Assembly: GCA_965231095.1 (NCBI GenBank)
Contig: OZ246416.1
Coordinates: forward strand, 185,228 to 249,227
From: an uncultured Gammaproteobacteria bacterium
Lineage (GTDB): Bacteria > Patescibacteriota > Patescibacteriia > XYB2-FULL-38-15
DNA length: 64,000 nucleotides
Direction of reading: 5' to 3'
Shown: piece after piece, positions 47,947-57,378 of the stretch
Numbering within the stretch: position 1 is the first letter of the stretch
Layout: the number at the start of each line of letters is the position of its first letter
Translations under genes and position numbers: made by a program
The notes under the pieces: model-generated
Databases searched by the model: none
Told to the model about the DNA's origin: nothing
Seen by the model: the letters and a program-made list of their open reading frames with translations, nothing else

Positions 47947-48468
47947 ATGAAAAAAATTATTTTTAGTATTTTTCTTTTAGTTTTGATTTTTCCCATGGTT
48001 GGCTTTGCGGCAAATCCGGTGGAGCTTTATTTTTTTGAAGGGCAGGGTTGTTCATACTGCGCCAAAATGAAAAGTTTTTTAGAAGGAGTGAAGGCCGATT
48101 ATCCGAATCTGGAAGTTCGCGAATTTGAAGTTTATTTTAATAAAGAAAATCAAGTATTATTTGAGAAGATGGCGAAGGCGTACGGCGCGACCACGAGCGG
48201 CGTGCCGACGCTTTTTATCGGCGAAGAGGTAATTAACGGCGCTGATTTTGAAAAGGTGAAAAACGCGGTGGAAAAATGTTCTCTTGAAATTTGTCCGTCG
48301 CCGGCCGATAAACTTGCCGCGGTGGGGGATAACGTGAATTCAATTTTAAATACGAATCAGCCGGTTGACGGAAAAAATGAAACCGTGGGTTGGGTAGTGC
48401 TTGGCGTGGTTGCCGTGTTTGGCGCCGTATTAATTTATTTTGCCATTAAACGAAAAAATAATGTTTAG
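47947..48468 (+). CDS. Exported thioredoxin/glutaredoxin-like protein
   Basis: Signal peptide, CSYC, GVPT, C-terminal TM. Confidence 0.8.
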   Translation: MKKIIFSIFLLVLIFPMVGFAANPVELYFFEGQGCSYCAKMKSFLEGVKADYPNLEVREFEVYFNKENQVLFEKMAKAYGATTSGVPTLFIGEEVINGADFEKVKNAVEKCSLEICPSPADKLAAVGDNVNSILNTNQPVDGKNETVGWVVLGVVAVFGAVLIYFAIKRKNNV

Positions 48469-49138
48469 TACTCTTACGATTCCGGCGCTTATCGGAGGCG
48501 CCGCCATTGATTCAATAAACCCTTGCGCTTTTGCCGTGCTGATTTTTTTGGTTGGTTATCTTTTGGCCATTGGTTCGCCAAAATTAATTTTGCGGGTTGG
48601 TTTGGTTTATATTGCCACGGTTTTTGTAGTTTATTTTTTGGCCGGACTGGGATTGTTGAAAGTTTTGACAACATTTGGCGTGGCGGGAATTATTTATAAA
48701 ATTGCCGCGGTCATTCTGCTTTTTGTCGGGCTTGTAAATGTAAAAGATTTTTTTTGGTATGGGAAGGGATTTACTTTGGCGATTCCCGAATCAAAAAAAC
48801 CCTTGATTGAAAAATATATTAAGAAAGCGTCAATTCCCGCGGCGATTATACTGGGATTTTTGGTTTCAGCTTTTGAATTGCCTTGCACCGGCGGGGTTTA
48901 TATCGCCGTCTTGGGATTGCTCGCGAGCCGTGAAACCCAGCTTTCCGCCATTCCATATCTTCTACTTTATAATTTAATTTTTGTCTTGCCGCTTTTTATT
49001 ATTTTGGGCTTGGTTTATTTTGGAATTTCCGCGAAGCAGATGGAAGAATGGCGGACAAAAAATAGGAAGTGGTTGAGGTTGGTACTTGGGGTGGGGTCGC
49101 TTATCCTTGGCGCCCTGATGTTGTTGGGCAAGATTTAA
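48461..49138 (+). CDS. CcdA/DsbD-like transmembrane electron transporter
   Basis: DSINPCAF and ELPCTGG motifs, about 6 TM. Confidence 0.8.
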   Translation: MFSTLTIPALIGGAAIDSINPCAFAVLIFLVGYLLAIGSPKLILRVGLVYIATVFVVYFLAGLGLLKVLTTFGVAGIIYKIAAVILLFVGLVNVKDFFWYGKGFTLAIPESKKPLIEKYIKKASIPAAIILGFLVSAFELPCTGGVYIAVLGLLASRETQLSAIPYLLLYNLIFVLPLFIILGLVYFGISAKQMEEWRTKNRKWLRLVLGVGSLILGALMLLGKI

Positions 49139-49255
49139 TTTCCAATTTTCAGTTATCAATTTTCAATAAATGTTCAATGTCCGGTTTTCAATTTTGACAT
49201 TTGATATTTGGATTTTGAAATTTATTAGACATTAGAAATTGGTAATTAGGAATTT
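49138..49255. repeat. AT-rich imperfect inverted repeat made of short recurring units
   Basis: caattttca-type units on the left mirrored by gaaatt/gacatt units on the right. Confidence 0.4.
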
Positions 49256-49261
49256 TAAAAT

Positions 49262-50035
49262 ATGATTCCCTGGTTTCAATGGAATTCAATAAATGTTAGT
49301 TTTTTACGATTGAATGTTTGGGGGATTTTCGTTTCACTCGGTTTTTTGGTTGGGATGGCTGCGGTTTATTTTGAGCTGAAGAAAAAAAAATTGGAGGCGA
49401 GTCGCGTTTATGATTTGGCTTTTTGGATAATTTTATCCTCAATGATCGGAGGCCGGCTGCTCTATGTCGCGGAACATTTAAATATTTTCTCCGCCGCGCC
49501 GCTTGATATCTTTAAAATTTGGCAGGGCGGGATGTCGGTTTACGGAGGATTTTTGGGGGCGATTTTGGCGGTAGTGATTTATTTAAGAAAGAATAAATTG
49601 GATTTTTGGCAATACGCCGACGCGATTATTTTTGGTCTGCCGCTCGGACTTTTTATCGGTCGGCTCGGATGTTTTTTTATTCACGACCATCCCGGGGCAA
49701 AAACAAATTTCTTTTTGGGCGTGAATTATCCGGATGGCATCAGGCATGATTTGGGATTATATGATTCGTTTCTTGGCCTCGCGATTTTTTTATTTTTTTT
49801 ATTTTTACATCGCCATAAATGGTTTTCTGGATTTTACGCCGCGGTTTTTTCCATGGCTTACGGGGCAGTGAGATTTTTTCTTGATTTTTTGAGAACCGGA
49901 GAAGTCGTTTTGGGAATGCCGCCGGATCCGAGATATTTTGGTTTGACTTTAGCGCAATATTTGTCTTTAATTTTAGTTGTGGTTGGAGCTTGTTTTTTTT
50001 ATAAATTGAGGCTCAGGAAGGCGGAGAAAAAATAA
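49262..50035 (+). CDS. lgt: Prolipoprotein diacylglyceryl transferase
   Basis: GGRL.YV, IWQGGMS.YGG, IGRLGCF, RFFLDFLR. Confidence 0.88.
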   Translation: MIPWFQWNSINVSFLRLNVWGIFVSLGFLVGMAAVYFELKKKKLEASRVYDLAFWIILSSMIGGRLLYVAEHLNIFSAAPLDIFKIWQGGMSVYGGFLGAILAVVIYLRKNKLDFWQYADAIIFGLPLGLFIGRLGCFFIHDHPGAKTNFFLGVNYPDGIRHDLGLYDSFLGLAIFLFFLFLHRHKWFSGFYAAVFSMAYGAVRFFLDFLRTGEVVLGMPPDPRYFGLTLAQYLSLILVVVGACFFYKLRLRKAEKK

Positions 50036-50101
50036 TTTGACAAAATGGTTTTGACATAGTATGATTACTCAATTATTTAATTAATAATTTTTTTAGTTAA
50101 T

Positions 50102-50851
50102 ATGAATGATCAAATGAGCAATGACCTCGTGAACGGAACGCGTCGCACTTCTTTTTTTCTCGGACTTATGTGTGGCATTGCCGGGATGAGTACTCTGGCT
50201 CTTGTCGGATTTTTTGCCTTGGCTTTTTCCGGAGAAGGTTTAAAGCTCGCCAAGGATAATACAAATGAAAATGTAAACGCCACGGTTAACGTCAATCAGC
50301 CGGTTGTGAATGAACCGGTTGTGACGGCAGCCGCTCCGGTGCCGGACGTAACTTCTGACGACCACATTAAGGGTCCGGAAAACGCCAAAGTGACTTTGAT
50401 AGAATATTCTGATTTTGAATGCCCGTATTGTTTGAATCATAAAGCCACGGTGGATAAAATTGTTGAGAATTATGGAAATGATATTCGCGTGGTTTTCCGC
50501 CACTATCCGCTTTCTTTTCATCCGAACGCCGGAAAAGCGGCTGAGGCTTCAGAGTGTGCCGCCGAGCAGGGAAAGTTTTGGGAAATGCATGATAAAATTT
50601 TCGCGGCTAACGAAGCGGGAACAATGAGCGTGGACAAGTGGAAAGCAGAGGCGAAAAATTTGAAATTGAATACTACAAAATTTAATGAATGTCTTGATTC
50701 AGGAAAATACGCGGACGAAATTGCCGCCGAGGAACAAGCCGGACTTGCTGCCGGAGTTGAGGGAACGCCGGCGACGTTTGTGAACGGCGAATTGGTAAGT
50801 GGGGCGGTGCCTTACGAACAGTTTAAGCAAATTATTGACAGTAAACTATAA
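50102..50851 (+). CDS. DsbA-family thiol-disulfide oxidoreductase
   Basis: EYSDFECPYC, FRHYPL..H, QGKFWEMHD, GTP. Confidence 0.92.
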   Translation: MNDQMSNDLVNGTRRTSFFLGLMCGIAGMSTLALVGFFALAFSGEGLKLAKDNTNENVNATVNVNQPVVNEPVVTAAAPVPDVTSDDHIKGPENAKVTLIEYSDFECPYCLNHKATVDKIVENYGNDIRVVFRHYPLSFHPNAGKAAEASECAAEQGKFWEMHDKIFAANEAGTMSVDKWKAEAKNLKLNTTKFNECLDSGKYADEIAAEEQAGLAAGVEGTPATFVNGELVSGAVPYEQFKQIIDSKL

Positions 50852-50876
50852 AGGAATAAAGAGATTTTGTGAAATA

Positions 50877-50913
50877 AAAAACTTCCGCTGTGATTGGCGG
50901 GAGTTTGATTTTT
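50877..50913 (+). terminator. Terminator after the DsbA gene
   Basis: aaacttccgc...gcgggagttt followed by a T-run. Confidence 0.55.
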
Positions 50914-50943
50914 ATTGGAAGATGGATTAAAATTGTAAAATAT

Positions 50944-51028
50944 GGAGAGGTCGCATAGTGGCCTAGTGCACACGCTTGGAAAGCGTGCATACCGCAAGGT
51001 ATCGCGAGTTCGAATCTCGCCCTCTCCG
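50944..51028 (+). tRNA. tRNA-Ser(GGA)
   Basis: Acceptor GGAGAGG/CCTCTCC, anticodon arm CACGC-TTGGAAA-GCGTG, long variable arm, GTTCGAATC; CCA not encoded. Confidence 0.95.
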
Positions 51029-51126
51029 TTTTCTCGAATTTACCACTTGGTATATTTGAGAAAATGAGGGCATCGACGAGAACTCACGCCGCTAGCCCGT
51101 TGTGGTCGATCCCGCGCCGAGGAGGC

Positions 51127-51148
51127 CGAATCTCGCCCTCTCCGTTTT
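51127..51148 (+). repeat. 22-bp direct repeat of the tRNA-Ser 3' end (att-like)
   Basis: CGAATCTCGCCCTCTCCGTTTT at 51011-51032 and 51127-51148. Confidence 0.85.
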
Positions 51149-51224
51149 TACTAACACGTCTTCTTTGACGTTGTTTTTATTTATGATAAAATAAATTAAA
51201 GATTAAAGATTAATATTTCGCTCT

Positions 51225-51689
51225 ATGAACACAAAAATCTACTCTACAATTGCAACAGTTGTCATGATTTTAGCGATTTTGACAGCGGGATATTTTTATT
51301 GGCAGGGCGGAGCGAATAGAAAAGAGCTGGTCAGGGTGCAAGATGATTTATTTAAAACAGAAGAAGAATTACAAAATAACAGGGAGGAATTGAATCGACT
51401 TCGTGCTTTAGTAGACCAAGGTTTGGAAAAAGTTAAATACAATGCCTCAATTCTTAAAGATTCAGCGGAAGTTTTTTTGGTCGCCGGAGACACCAGAGTC
51501 GCTTCGCTTGGAATTTCCGAGGCTAAGGAAATTGAAGCTCAAATTCAGAAAATAGAGGACAGACAGGACAGAATAGCTCTGGAGAGTTTATGGTCTGATT
51601 TTACAAGCAGCCGGACAATAAGTAATTATCTTGCCTTTTCAAGATTTTTAGTGGATAGAATTAATAATAATTTAGAAAATATCCACTAA
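51225..51689 (+). CDS. Membrane-anchored coiled-coil hypothetical protein
   Basis: N-terminal TM then heptads. Confidence 0.7.
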   Translation: MNTKIYSTIATVVMILAILTAGYFYWQGGANRKELVRVQDDLFKTEEELQNNREELNRLRALVDQGLEKVKYNASILKDSAEVFLVAGDTRVASLGISEAKEIEAQIQKIEDRQDRIALESLWSDFTSSRTISNYLAFSRFLVDRINNNLENIH

Positions 51690-51694
51690 AAATT

Positions 51695-52273
51695 ATGACT
51701 TCGTTTGAACGAAAAATGAAAATTGTAAAGTATTTAAAGTTTATTTTTGGCCTTTTGATTTTTGTTTGGCTATTTTTGATTATGCCAATGTTGTCCGGTT
51801 ATGATTTTTTAACAACGGCGGTGCTCTATTTTTCTACGCCCTTCGCCTTATTTGCTCTTCCTTCAATTGCCATTGGTATTTATTTTTTAGCAACCGCAAA
51901 AATAAGACCAAAAATAGACATTATTATTTTAATAATTCTTTTTATTTGTCTTCTTGGTTTGGGGCGCGGCATGATAAAAGAAAGCATCGGTGGAAATGCG
52001 GAATTGAAAGTTACCATAGTGCGCACTGACGGCACGCCAGTGGCCGGCGTTGAAGTAGATGTCGCCAAACAAGCTGGTCCGCCGCCGGAGGGAGGATTTG
52101 AAAATACAAATGCCGATGGGATCGCGGATTTTGAAATTAATCCGGGTGATTACGTGATTTATTTTAATATTAATAATTTTCCGGGGGAATTAATGCCGCC
52201 GGATCCGACCCCGATTAATGTTGTTGAGGGAAAATTGACATCAAAGACAATAATTTTGGAAAGAAAAAAATAG
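51695..52273 (+). CDS. Membrane protein with a C-terminal carboxypeptidase-regulatory-like beta domain
   Basis: 3 TM; G.PVAGVEV, TNADG.A.F...PG.Y. Confidence 0.65.
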   Translation: MTSFERKMKIVKYLKFIFGLLIFVWLFLIMPMLSGYDFLTTAVLYFSTPFALFALPSIAIGIYFLATAKIRPKIDIIILIILFICLLGLGRGMIKESIGGNAELKVTIVRTDGTPVAGVEVDVAKQAGPPPEGGFENTNADGIADFEINPGDYVIYFNINNFPGELMPPDPTPINVVEGKLTSKTIILERKK

Positions 52274-52386
52274 TGTATGTTTGATTGACCCAAGGCGATT
52301 TAATTTTTGTACCGATGAGTCTCCAAATTCCCACTCATTTGTCTTTATATGAAAATAATTTTTTTGAATAATTATTAAAAAAAATT

Positions 52387-52599
52387 ATGGAGAAAGAAAA
52401 TAACGAAAAGTGTAATTGCTTTAAGCGGCACAACCCATGCGGTTCATTCGGGGGATTTTATTTTTTGTCTATAATCGGCACGGCCGTTTATTTCGTAGGT
52501 CAGGCACATGGCTTTTGGTCAATTGTGTTGGCGATTTTAAAAGCTATTGTTTGGCCGGTATTTTTAGCGTATAAAGTTTTTATGATTTTGGGGGTATAG
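52387..52599 (+). CDS. Small membrane protein
   Basis: FYFL..IG.AVYF, ILKAIVWP. Confidence 0.65.
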   Translation: MEKENNEKCNCFKRHNPCGSFGGFYFLSIIGTAVYFVGQAHGFWSIVLAILKAIVWPVFLAYKVFMILGV

Positions 52600-52623
52600 A
52601 ATATATCAGATATAAAATTTAGT

Positions 52624-52896
52624 ATGTTTGGAATTCCCGAGGCGATTTTAATTTTTTTGGCAACGGCAGCATCTGATGTGCTTTGGGTTTTTTATATCCG
52701 CCGAACAAGTAAGGGTAAGGCAATTTCTGCCGCGGCATTTTCTTCAATGATCGTTTTGTTGGGCGGATTTGTTGTTTTAGCTTACGTTGATAACAGATGG
52801 TATTTAATTCCTGCGGCGTTCGGAGCCTTTGTAGGAACAATTCTTAGCATTAAACTTGATATAAAATTTGATATTAGAAATAAAAAACATAATTAA
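52624..52896 (+). CDS. Small membrane protein
   Basis: 3 hydrophobic segments, GAFVGT. Confidence 0.65.
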   Translation: MFGIPEAILIFLATAASDVLWVFYIRRTSKGKAISAAAFSSMIVLLGGFVVLAYVDNRWYLIPAAFGAFVGTILSIKLDIKFDIRNKKHN

Positions 52897-52902
52897 TTTT
52901 AT

Positions 52903-53133
52903 ATGACTGAAGAATTTAAAGTTTCCGGCGAAGAGATTTTGAAAAAAGTAAAAGAAATTATTAAAGAGGGGAATGCGAGAAAGATTATTATAAAGAATGA
53001 AAAAAATGAGGCGATTATGGAAATTCCCCTAACTTTTGCCGTAGTCGGCGCGGTTCTTCTTCCGGTTTTGGCGGCGGTTGGGGCAATTGCCGGAATTCTC
53101 ACAAAATGTACGTTGGTTGTGGAAAAAAAGTAA
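52903..53133 (+). CDS. DUF4342-like protein
   Basis: EEFKVSGE....VKE.IKEGNAR.I.IK...EIPLT. Confidence 0.8.
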   Translation: MTEEFKVSGEEILKKVKEIIKEGNARKIIIKNEKNEAIMEIPLTFAVVGAVLLPVLAAVGAIAGILTKCTLVVEKK

Positions 53134-53225
53134 AGAAAATTAATAAAAAAGACGGGGTTGACTTAACGCCGTTTTTATATTATAATGTTAAAATATGATA
53201 AATCATACTTTTCAAATTTAAGTAT

Positions 53226-53474
53226 ATGGAAAAATCACCATTTCAAGATTTTAAAGCCTATGGGCTTACAACTATCGGCGAGCGTGGGCAGATTGTTATC
53301 CCCAAAGAAATAAGAAGAATGATGCGCGTTAGGGCGGGCGATAAGTTTTTTGTTTGCGCCCGCGCCGGAAAGGTTATTGCCATGGTTAAGCCGGATCATT
53401 TTGACGAGATGATTATGGAGATGACAAAATTTTTGAAAAAAGTTAAAAAAACGAGAACGAATAAAATTAAATAA
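53226..53474 (+). CDS. AbrB/MazE/SpoVT-family DNA-binding protein
   Basis: TIGERGQIVIPKEIR....GDK. Confidence 0.85.
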   Translation: MEKSPFQDFKAYGLTTIGERGQIVIPKEIRRMMRVRAGDKFFVCARAGKVIAMVKPDHFDEMIMEMTKFLKKVKKTRTNKIK

Positions 53475-53485
53475 ATAAAATTTAT

Positions 53486-55354
53486 ATGAATGGAATTTTA
53501 AATTTTTTGAAGTCGTTGATTAAAAAGAAATCTTTTTGGATAATTGCCGTGATCGTCGTTTTGGGCGGATCGTATTTTGTGAGCGCGGCAATCCGGGGAA
53601 ATAAAATTGAATATGTGACCGAAGAGGTGAAAGTGGGAAATATAAGCCAAACGGTTTCGGCCACGGGAACGGTGACAACGTCAGAAAAAATTGATTTAAA
53701 TTTTAAAACAACAGGAACGCTGAAGGAAATTTCCGTTAGTGAAGATGATGAAGTAAAAACGGGACAGGTTTTAGCCCGTCTTGATGACCGGGCGGCTCGG
53801 GCTCAAGTTTCGCAAGCCCAGGCAAGTTTATCTTCAGCCGTTTCCAATTTAAATAAAATTTTAGCCGGGGCGAGCTCCGAGGATGTTAAAATTTCCGAAC
53901 AGACAGCCAATAACGCGAAGACGGCTTACGAAAACGCCAAGCGGGATTATGACGCGCTCGCGGCAAAATTGGACAGAGACATTGAGGGATATGAAAAAGC
54001 CGTGGCTTCGGCAGAGACATCACTTGCCGACAGCCAGAAAAATTTGGAAAACGCGAAAGTTTATTATAGTCAGGCCGTGTCAAACACGAGAGCGAGCGCC
54101 CTTACTTCTGCGGAGACAAACTTACTTTTGGGCGATATTGTTTTGAATAATATTAATTATAACTTATCAATCGTGAGAAGTGGGTTAACGGCAAACCAAC
54201 AAGAAGTTTATGCGGCCGACAACGACAGGTTGGCGGCGATAAATTTATCGGGTATGGCAAAAAATACTTTGGCTTCCGCAAAAATCAGCAATGATAGTAA
54301 TGAAATTAATTCTGCCTTAAATCAAACTGTCTCGGCTTTAAATAAAACTTCGACTTCATTGTCGCATCTTCTGGCGGCAGCTTCTACCGCCGCGGCAGGC
54401 AGTGCGAATGAGCTTACAACTATTGAAACTTTAAAAACAAGCATAAAAACAGATCAAACTTCAACGTCTACTGCCCTGTCCGCGGTGCAAGCCGCCGAGC
54501 AGGCATTTTTAAACGCGGAAAATAATTATCAAACGCAAACCGATACTTACCAGGCGGCGGTGAATACGGCGAATAATGCTTTGACTACGGCTCGCTCAAA
54601 TCTCGCCACAGCTCTGGCAAGCAAGGACGTCCAACTCGCAAGCTCAAAGGCATCCGTGGACAGCGCCCTGGGTGCTTATAATTTAGCTAAAGCTCAACTT
54701 GATTATAAAAAAGCCGCGCCGCGCACGGTTGACGTTTCCTATTATCGCGCTCAGGTGGCAAGCGCCGCCGCTTCGCTCGAATATTATAAAAGCCAACTGG
54801 AAGATTATATCTTGAAAGCGCCGACCGACGGGAAGATAACTTTTGTAAATTATAGCGCGGGAGAACAGATAAGTTTGACAAAAGCAGTCGTTTCCATGCT
54901 CGGAAAAAATAAATTTTACGTTGAAGTTGATATTCCCGAATCCGATATCGCCAAAATAAAAGTTGGAAATCCGGTGGCCATCACCCTTGACGCTTACTCC
55001 GATGATGTAAAATTCAGCGGCCAGGTGATTTTGATTTATCCGGCGGAAACAATTATTCAGGATGTTGTTTATTATAAAGTTAAAGTGGAAATTAATGAAT
55101 CAACTTATGAGATAAAGTCAGGCATGACGGCAAATTGTGATATCCTTACCGCCAGTCGGGAAAATGTTTTAAATATGCCGTATCGCGCGCTCCAGGAAGA
55201 TGGCGGCAGAAAATTTGCGAGAATTTTAGTAGAGGGAAAACCGGTAGAAAAAGATGTTGAAGTTGGTCTTCGCGGAGATGACGGAGAAATAGAAATAATT
55301 TCCGGATTAAACGCCGGTGAGCAAGTAATTATTTTTGAAAGAACAAATCAGTAA
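53486..55354 (+). CDS. MacA-like periplasmic adaptor with a long coiled coil
   Basis: V.ATG.V, V..GQVLA.LD, L.APTDG, IPESDI..IKVG, GMTAN. Confidence 0.85.
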   Translation: MNGILNFLKSLIKKKSFWIIAVIVVLGGSYFVSAAIRGNKIEYVTEEVKVGNISQTVSATGTVTTSEKIDLNFKTTGTLKEISVSEDDEVKTGQVLARLDDRAARAQVSQAQASLSSAVSNLNKILAGASSEDVKISEQTANNAKTAYENAKRDYDALAAKLDRDIEGYEKAVASAETSLADSQKNLENAKVYYSQAVSNTRASALTSAETNLLLGDIVLNNINYNLSIVRSGLTANQQEVYAADNDRLAAINLSGMAKNTLASAKISNDSNEINSALNQTVSALNKTSTSLSHLLAAASTAAAGSANELTTIETLKTSIKTDQTSTSTALSAVQAAEQAFLNAENNYQTQTDTYQAAVNTANNALTTARSNLATALASKDVQLASSKASVDSALGAYNLAKAQLDYKKAAPRTVDVSYYRAQVASAAASLEYYKSQLEDYILKAPTDGKITFVNYSAGEQISLTKAVVSMLGKNKFYVEVDIPESDIAKIKVGNPVAITLDAYSDDVKFSGQVILIYPAETIIQDVVYYKVKVEINESTYEIKSGMTANCDILTASRENVLNMPYRALQEDGGRKFARILVEGKPVEKDVEVGLRGDDGEIEIISGLNAGEQVIIFERTNQ

Positions 55355-55356
55355 TT

Positions 55357-56085
55357 ATGGAATCACTTATAAAAACAATTCATCTGTGTAAGGATTATGA
55401 CAATGACGGGGTAATCACGAGCGTCCTGCACGAGGTTGATTTAGAAATTAAAAAAGGGGAATTTGTCGCGATTATGGGGCCGTCCGGTTCCGGAAAATCG
55501 ACTCTGATGCATATTTTGGGATTTTTGGAACGGCCGACGCACGGCCAATATTTTTTTGAAGATAAGGATTCGGGCGCGCTCTCGGATGACGAGTTGGCGG
55601 TTATCAGAAATGAAAAGGTTGGTTTTATTTTTCAGGCGTTTAATCTTTTGCCAAAAACTTCGGTTTATGACAACGTGAAACTTCCCCTGCTTTATGATGA
55701 AAAACGCAGAATTAAAAATCAGCACGAAGCCATAATTAATGCCATTAAAGCGGTCGGGCTTTATCATCGCATGAATAATTTATCCAATCAGCTTTCGGGT
55801 GGAGAAAAACAAAGAGTGGCGATTGCCCGAGCGCTTGTGACTGAGCCGGAAGTTATTTTTGCCGATGAGCCGACTGGAAATTTGGATTCCAAAAGCGGAA
55901 AAATTGTGATGGAAATTTTGCAGACCTTAAACGAGAAAGGAAAAACAATAATTCTCGTCACTCACGAAAAATATACGGCCGAACACGCGCGGCGCATAGT
56001 TAAAATTATGGATGGGACGGTAGAGGGGGATATGGAGGTTAAGGAACGCTTATTGGCAAAAAATTCTGAAGATTTAATAAAATAA
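55357..56085 (+). CDS. ABC transporter ATP-binding protein (MacB/LolD-type)
   Basis: [33 protein letters not shown]. Confidence 0.95.
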   Translation: MESLIKTIHLCKDYDNDGVITSVLHEVDLEIKKGEFVAIMGPSGSGKSTLMHILGFLERPTHGQYFFEDKDSGALSDDELAVIRNEKVGFIFQAFNLLPKTSVYDNVKLPLLYDEKRRIKNQHEAIINAIKAVGLYHRMNNLSNQLSGGEKQRVAIARALVTEPEVIFADEPTGNLDSKSGKIVMEILQTLNEKGKTIILVTHEKYTAEHARRIVKIMDGTVEGDMEVKERLLAKNSEDLIK

Positions 56086-56087
56086 TT

Positions 56088-57329
56088 ATGGATTGGCGCG
56101 GAACATTTCGCATCGCCTTCATTGGTTTAAAAGCAAAAAAATCCCGGACATTTATGACAATGCTCGGGATAATTATTGGTATTTCTTCGGTGATTATTAT
56201 TATTTCCGTGGGAAACGGCGCGCAAAGTTTAATTTTAAATCAGATTCAGGGAATGGGATCAAATTTAATCGGGATTTTTCCTGGAGTGTCCGAGGAAGAG
56301 GGTCCGCCGCCGTCGGCTCTGGGGATTGTTGACACAAGCTTGAAAAATGAAGATTTGGATGTTTTACTTTTGAATAATAATGTTCCAAACGCTGTGGCCG
56401 TGACTTATTATAATCGCGGAGTGGATACTCTGCAATGGCGGGCGAATAAATACGACGGCACCTATGTCGGAACAACGGCGAGCTACACGGCGGTGCATGA
56501 CGCCGAAGTTACAAGCGGCCGTTTTTTTAATGAAGATGAAGAAAAAAATTTGGCTAGAGTCGTAGTGCTCGGGTCAGCGGTCAAAAATGAACTTTTTGGG
56601 ACGAACGATCCGATCGGGAAAAATATAAAAATTAGAAAAGAAGAATTTAAAGTGATAGGAGTGATGGAAGAAAGAGGAACTCAACTTTTTGAAAATCAAG
56701 ATAATTTGGTTTTTATTCCCATTTCCACCTGCCAAAAAATAATGCAGGGAGTTGATTATATTTCTCTTGCCAGAGTGCAGATTGATTCGGAAGAAAACAC
56801 CGAGCAGGCAATAGTCGACATCAGAAGAACTTTGCGCGACCGGCATAATTTGGATCAGGGTGATCCGGACGATTTTAGTATTAGGGCGCAAACTCAAGCT
56901 ATTGAAATTTTTTCCGCCATTACCGATTCCCTTACGTATTTTTTGGCGGCCATTGCCGCGATCTCGCTTTTGGTTGGTGGCATTGGGATTATGAATATAA
57001 TGTTGATTGCCGTGGTAGAACGCACGCGGGAAGTCGGCTTGAGAAAGGCTCTAGGCGCGAAGAATAAAAATATTTTGAGCCAGTTTTTGGCTGAAGCGGT
57101 GGTAGTGACTTTTTCCGGCGGACTTCTTGGCGTGGTCTTTGGAATTTTAATTTCACTTTTGGTCGCGGCGGTGGCGCGGCAGCTTGGATATCAGTGGGAT
57201 TTTTTGGTTTCTTATAGGGCGATTTTACTTTCTTGTTCAATTTCTATTTTAATCGGTTTAGTTTTTGGAATTTATCCGGCGCGAAAAGCGTCGAGGTTAA
57301 ATCCGATTGAAGCCCTGCGATATGAATAA
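56088..57329 (+). CDS. MacB-type ABC permease
   Basis: TMLGIIIGI, ISLLVGGIGIMNIM, ERTREVGLRKALGA, PIEALRYE. Confidence 0.93.
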   Translation: MDWRGTFRIAFIGLKAKKSRTFMTMLGIIIGISSVIIIISVGNGAQSLILNQIQGMGSNLIGIFPGVSEEEGPPPSALGIVDTSLKNEDLDVLLLNNNVPNAVAVTYYNRGVDTLQWRANKYDGTYVGTTASYTAVHDAEVTSGRFFNEDEEKNLARVVVLGSAVKNELFGTNDPIGKNIKIRKEEFKVIGVMEERGTQLFENQDNLVFIPISTCQKIMQGVDYISLARVQIDSEENTEQAIVDIRRTLRDRHNLDQGDPDDFSIRAQTQAIEIFSAITDSLTYFLAAIAAISLLVGGIGIMNIMLIAVVERTREVGLRKALGAKNKNILSQFLAEAVVVTFSGGLLGVVFGILISLLVAAVARQLGYQWDFLVSYRAILLSCSISILIGLVFGIYPARKASRLNPIEALRYE

Positions 57330-57378
57330 AAATTAATCCTAACCTACAGATAAAATTCAAATCCACAAATTATATAAA

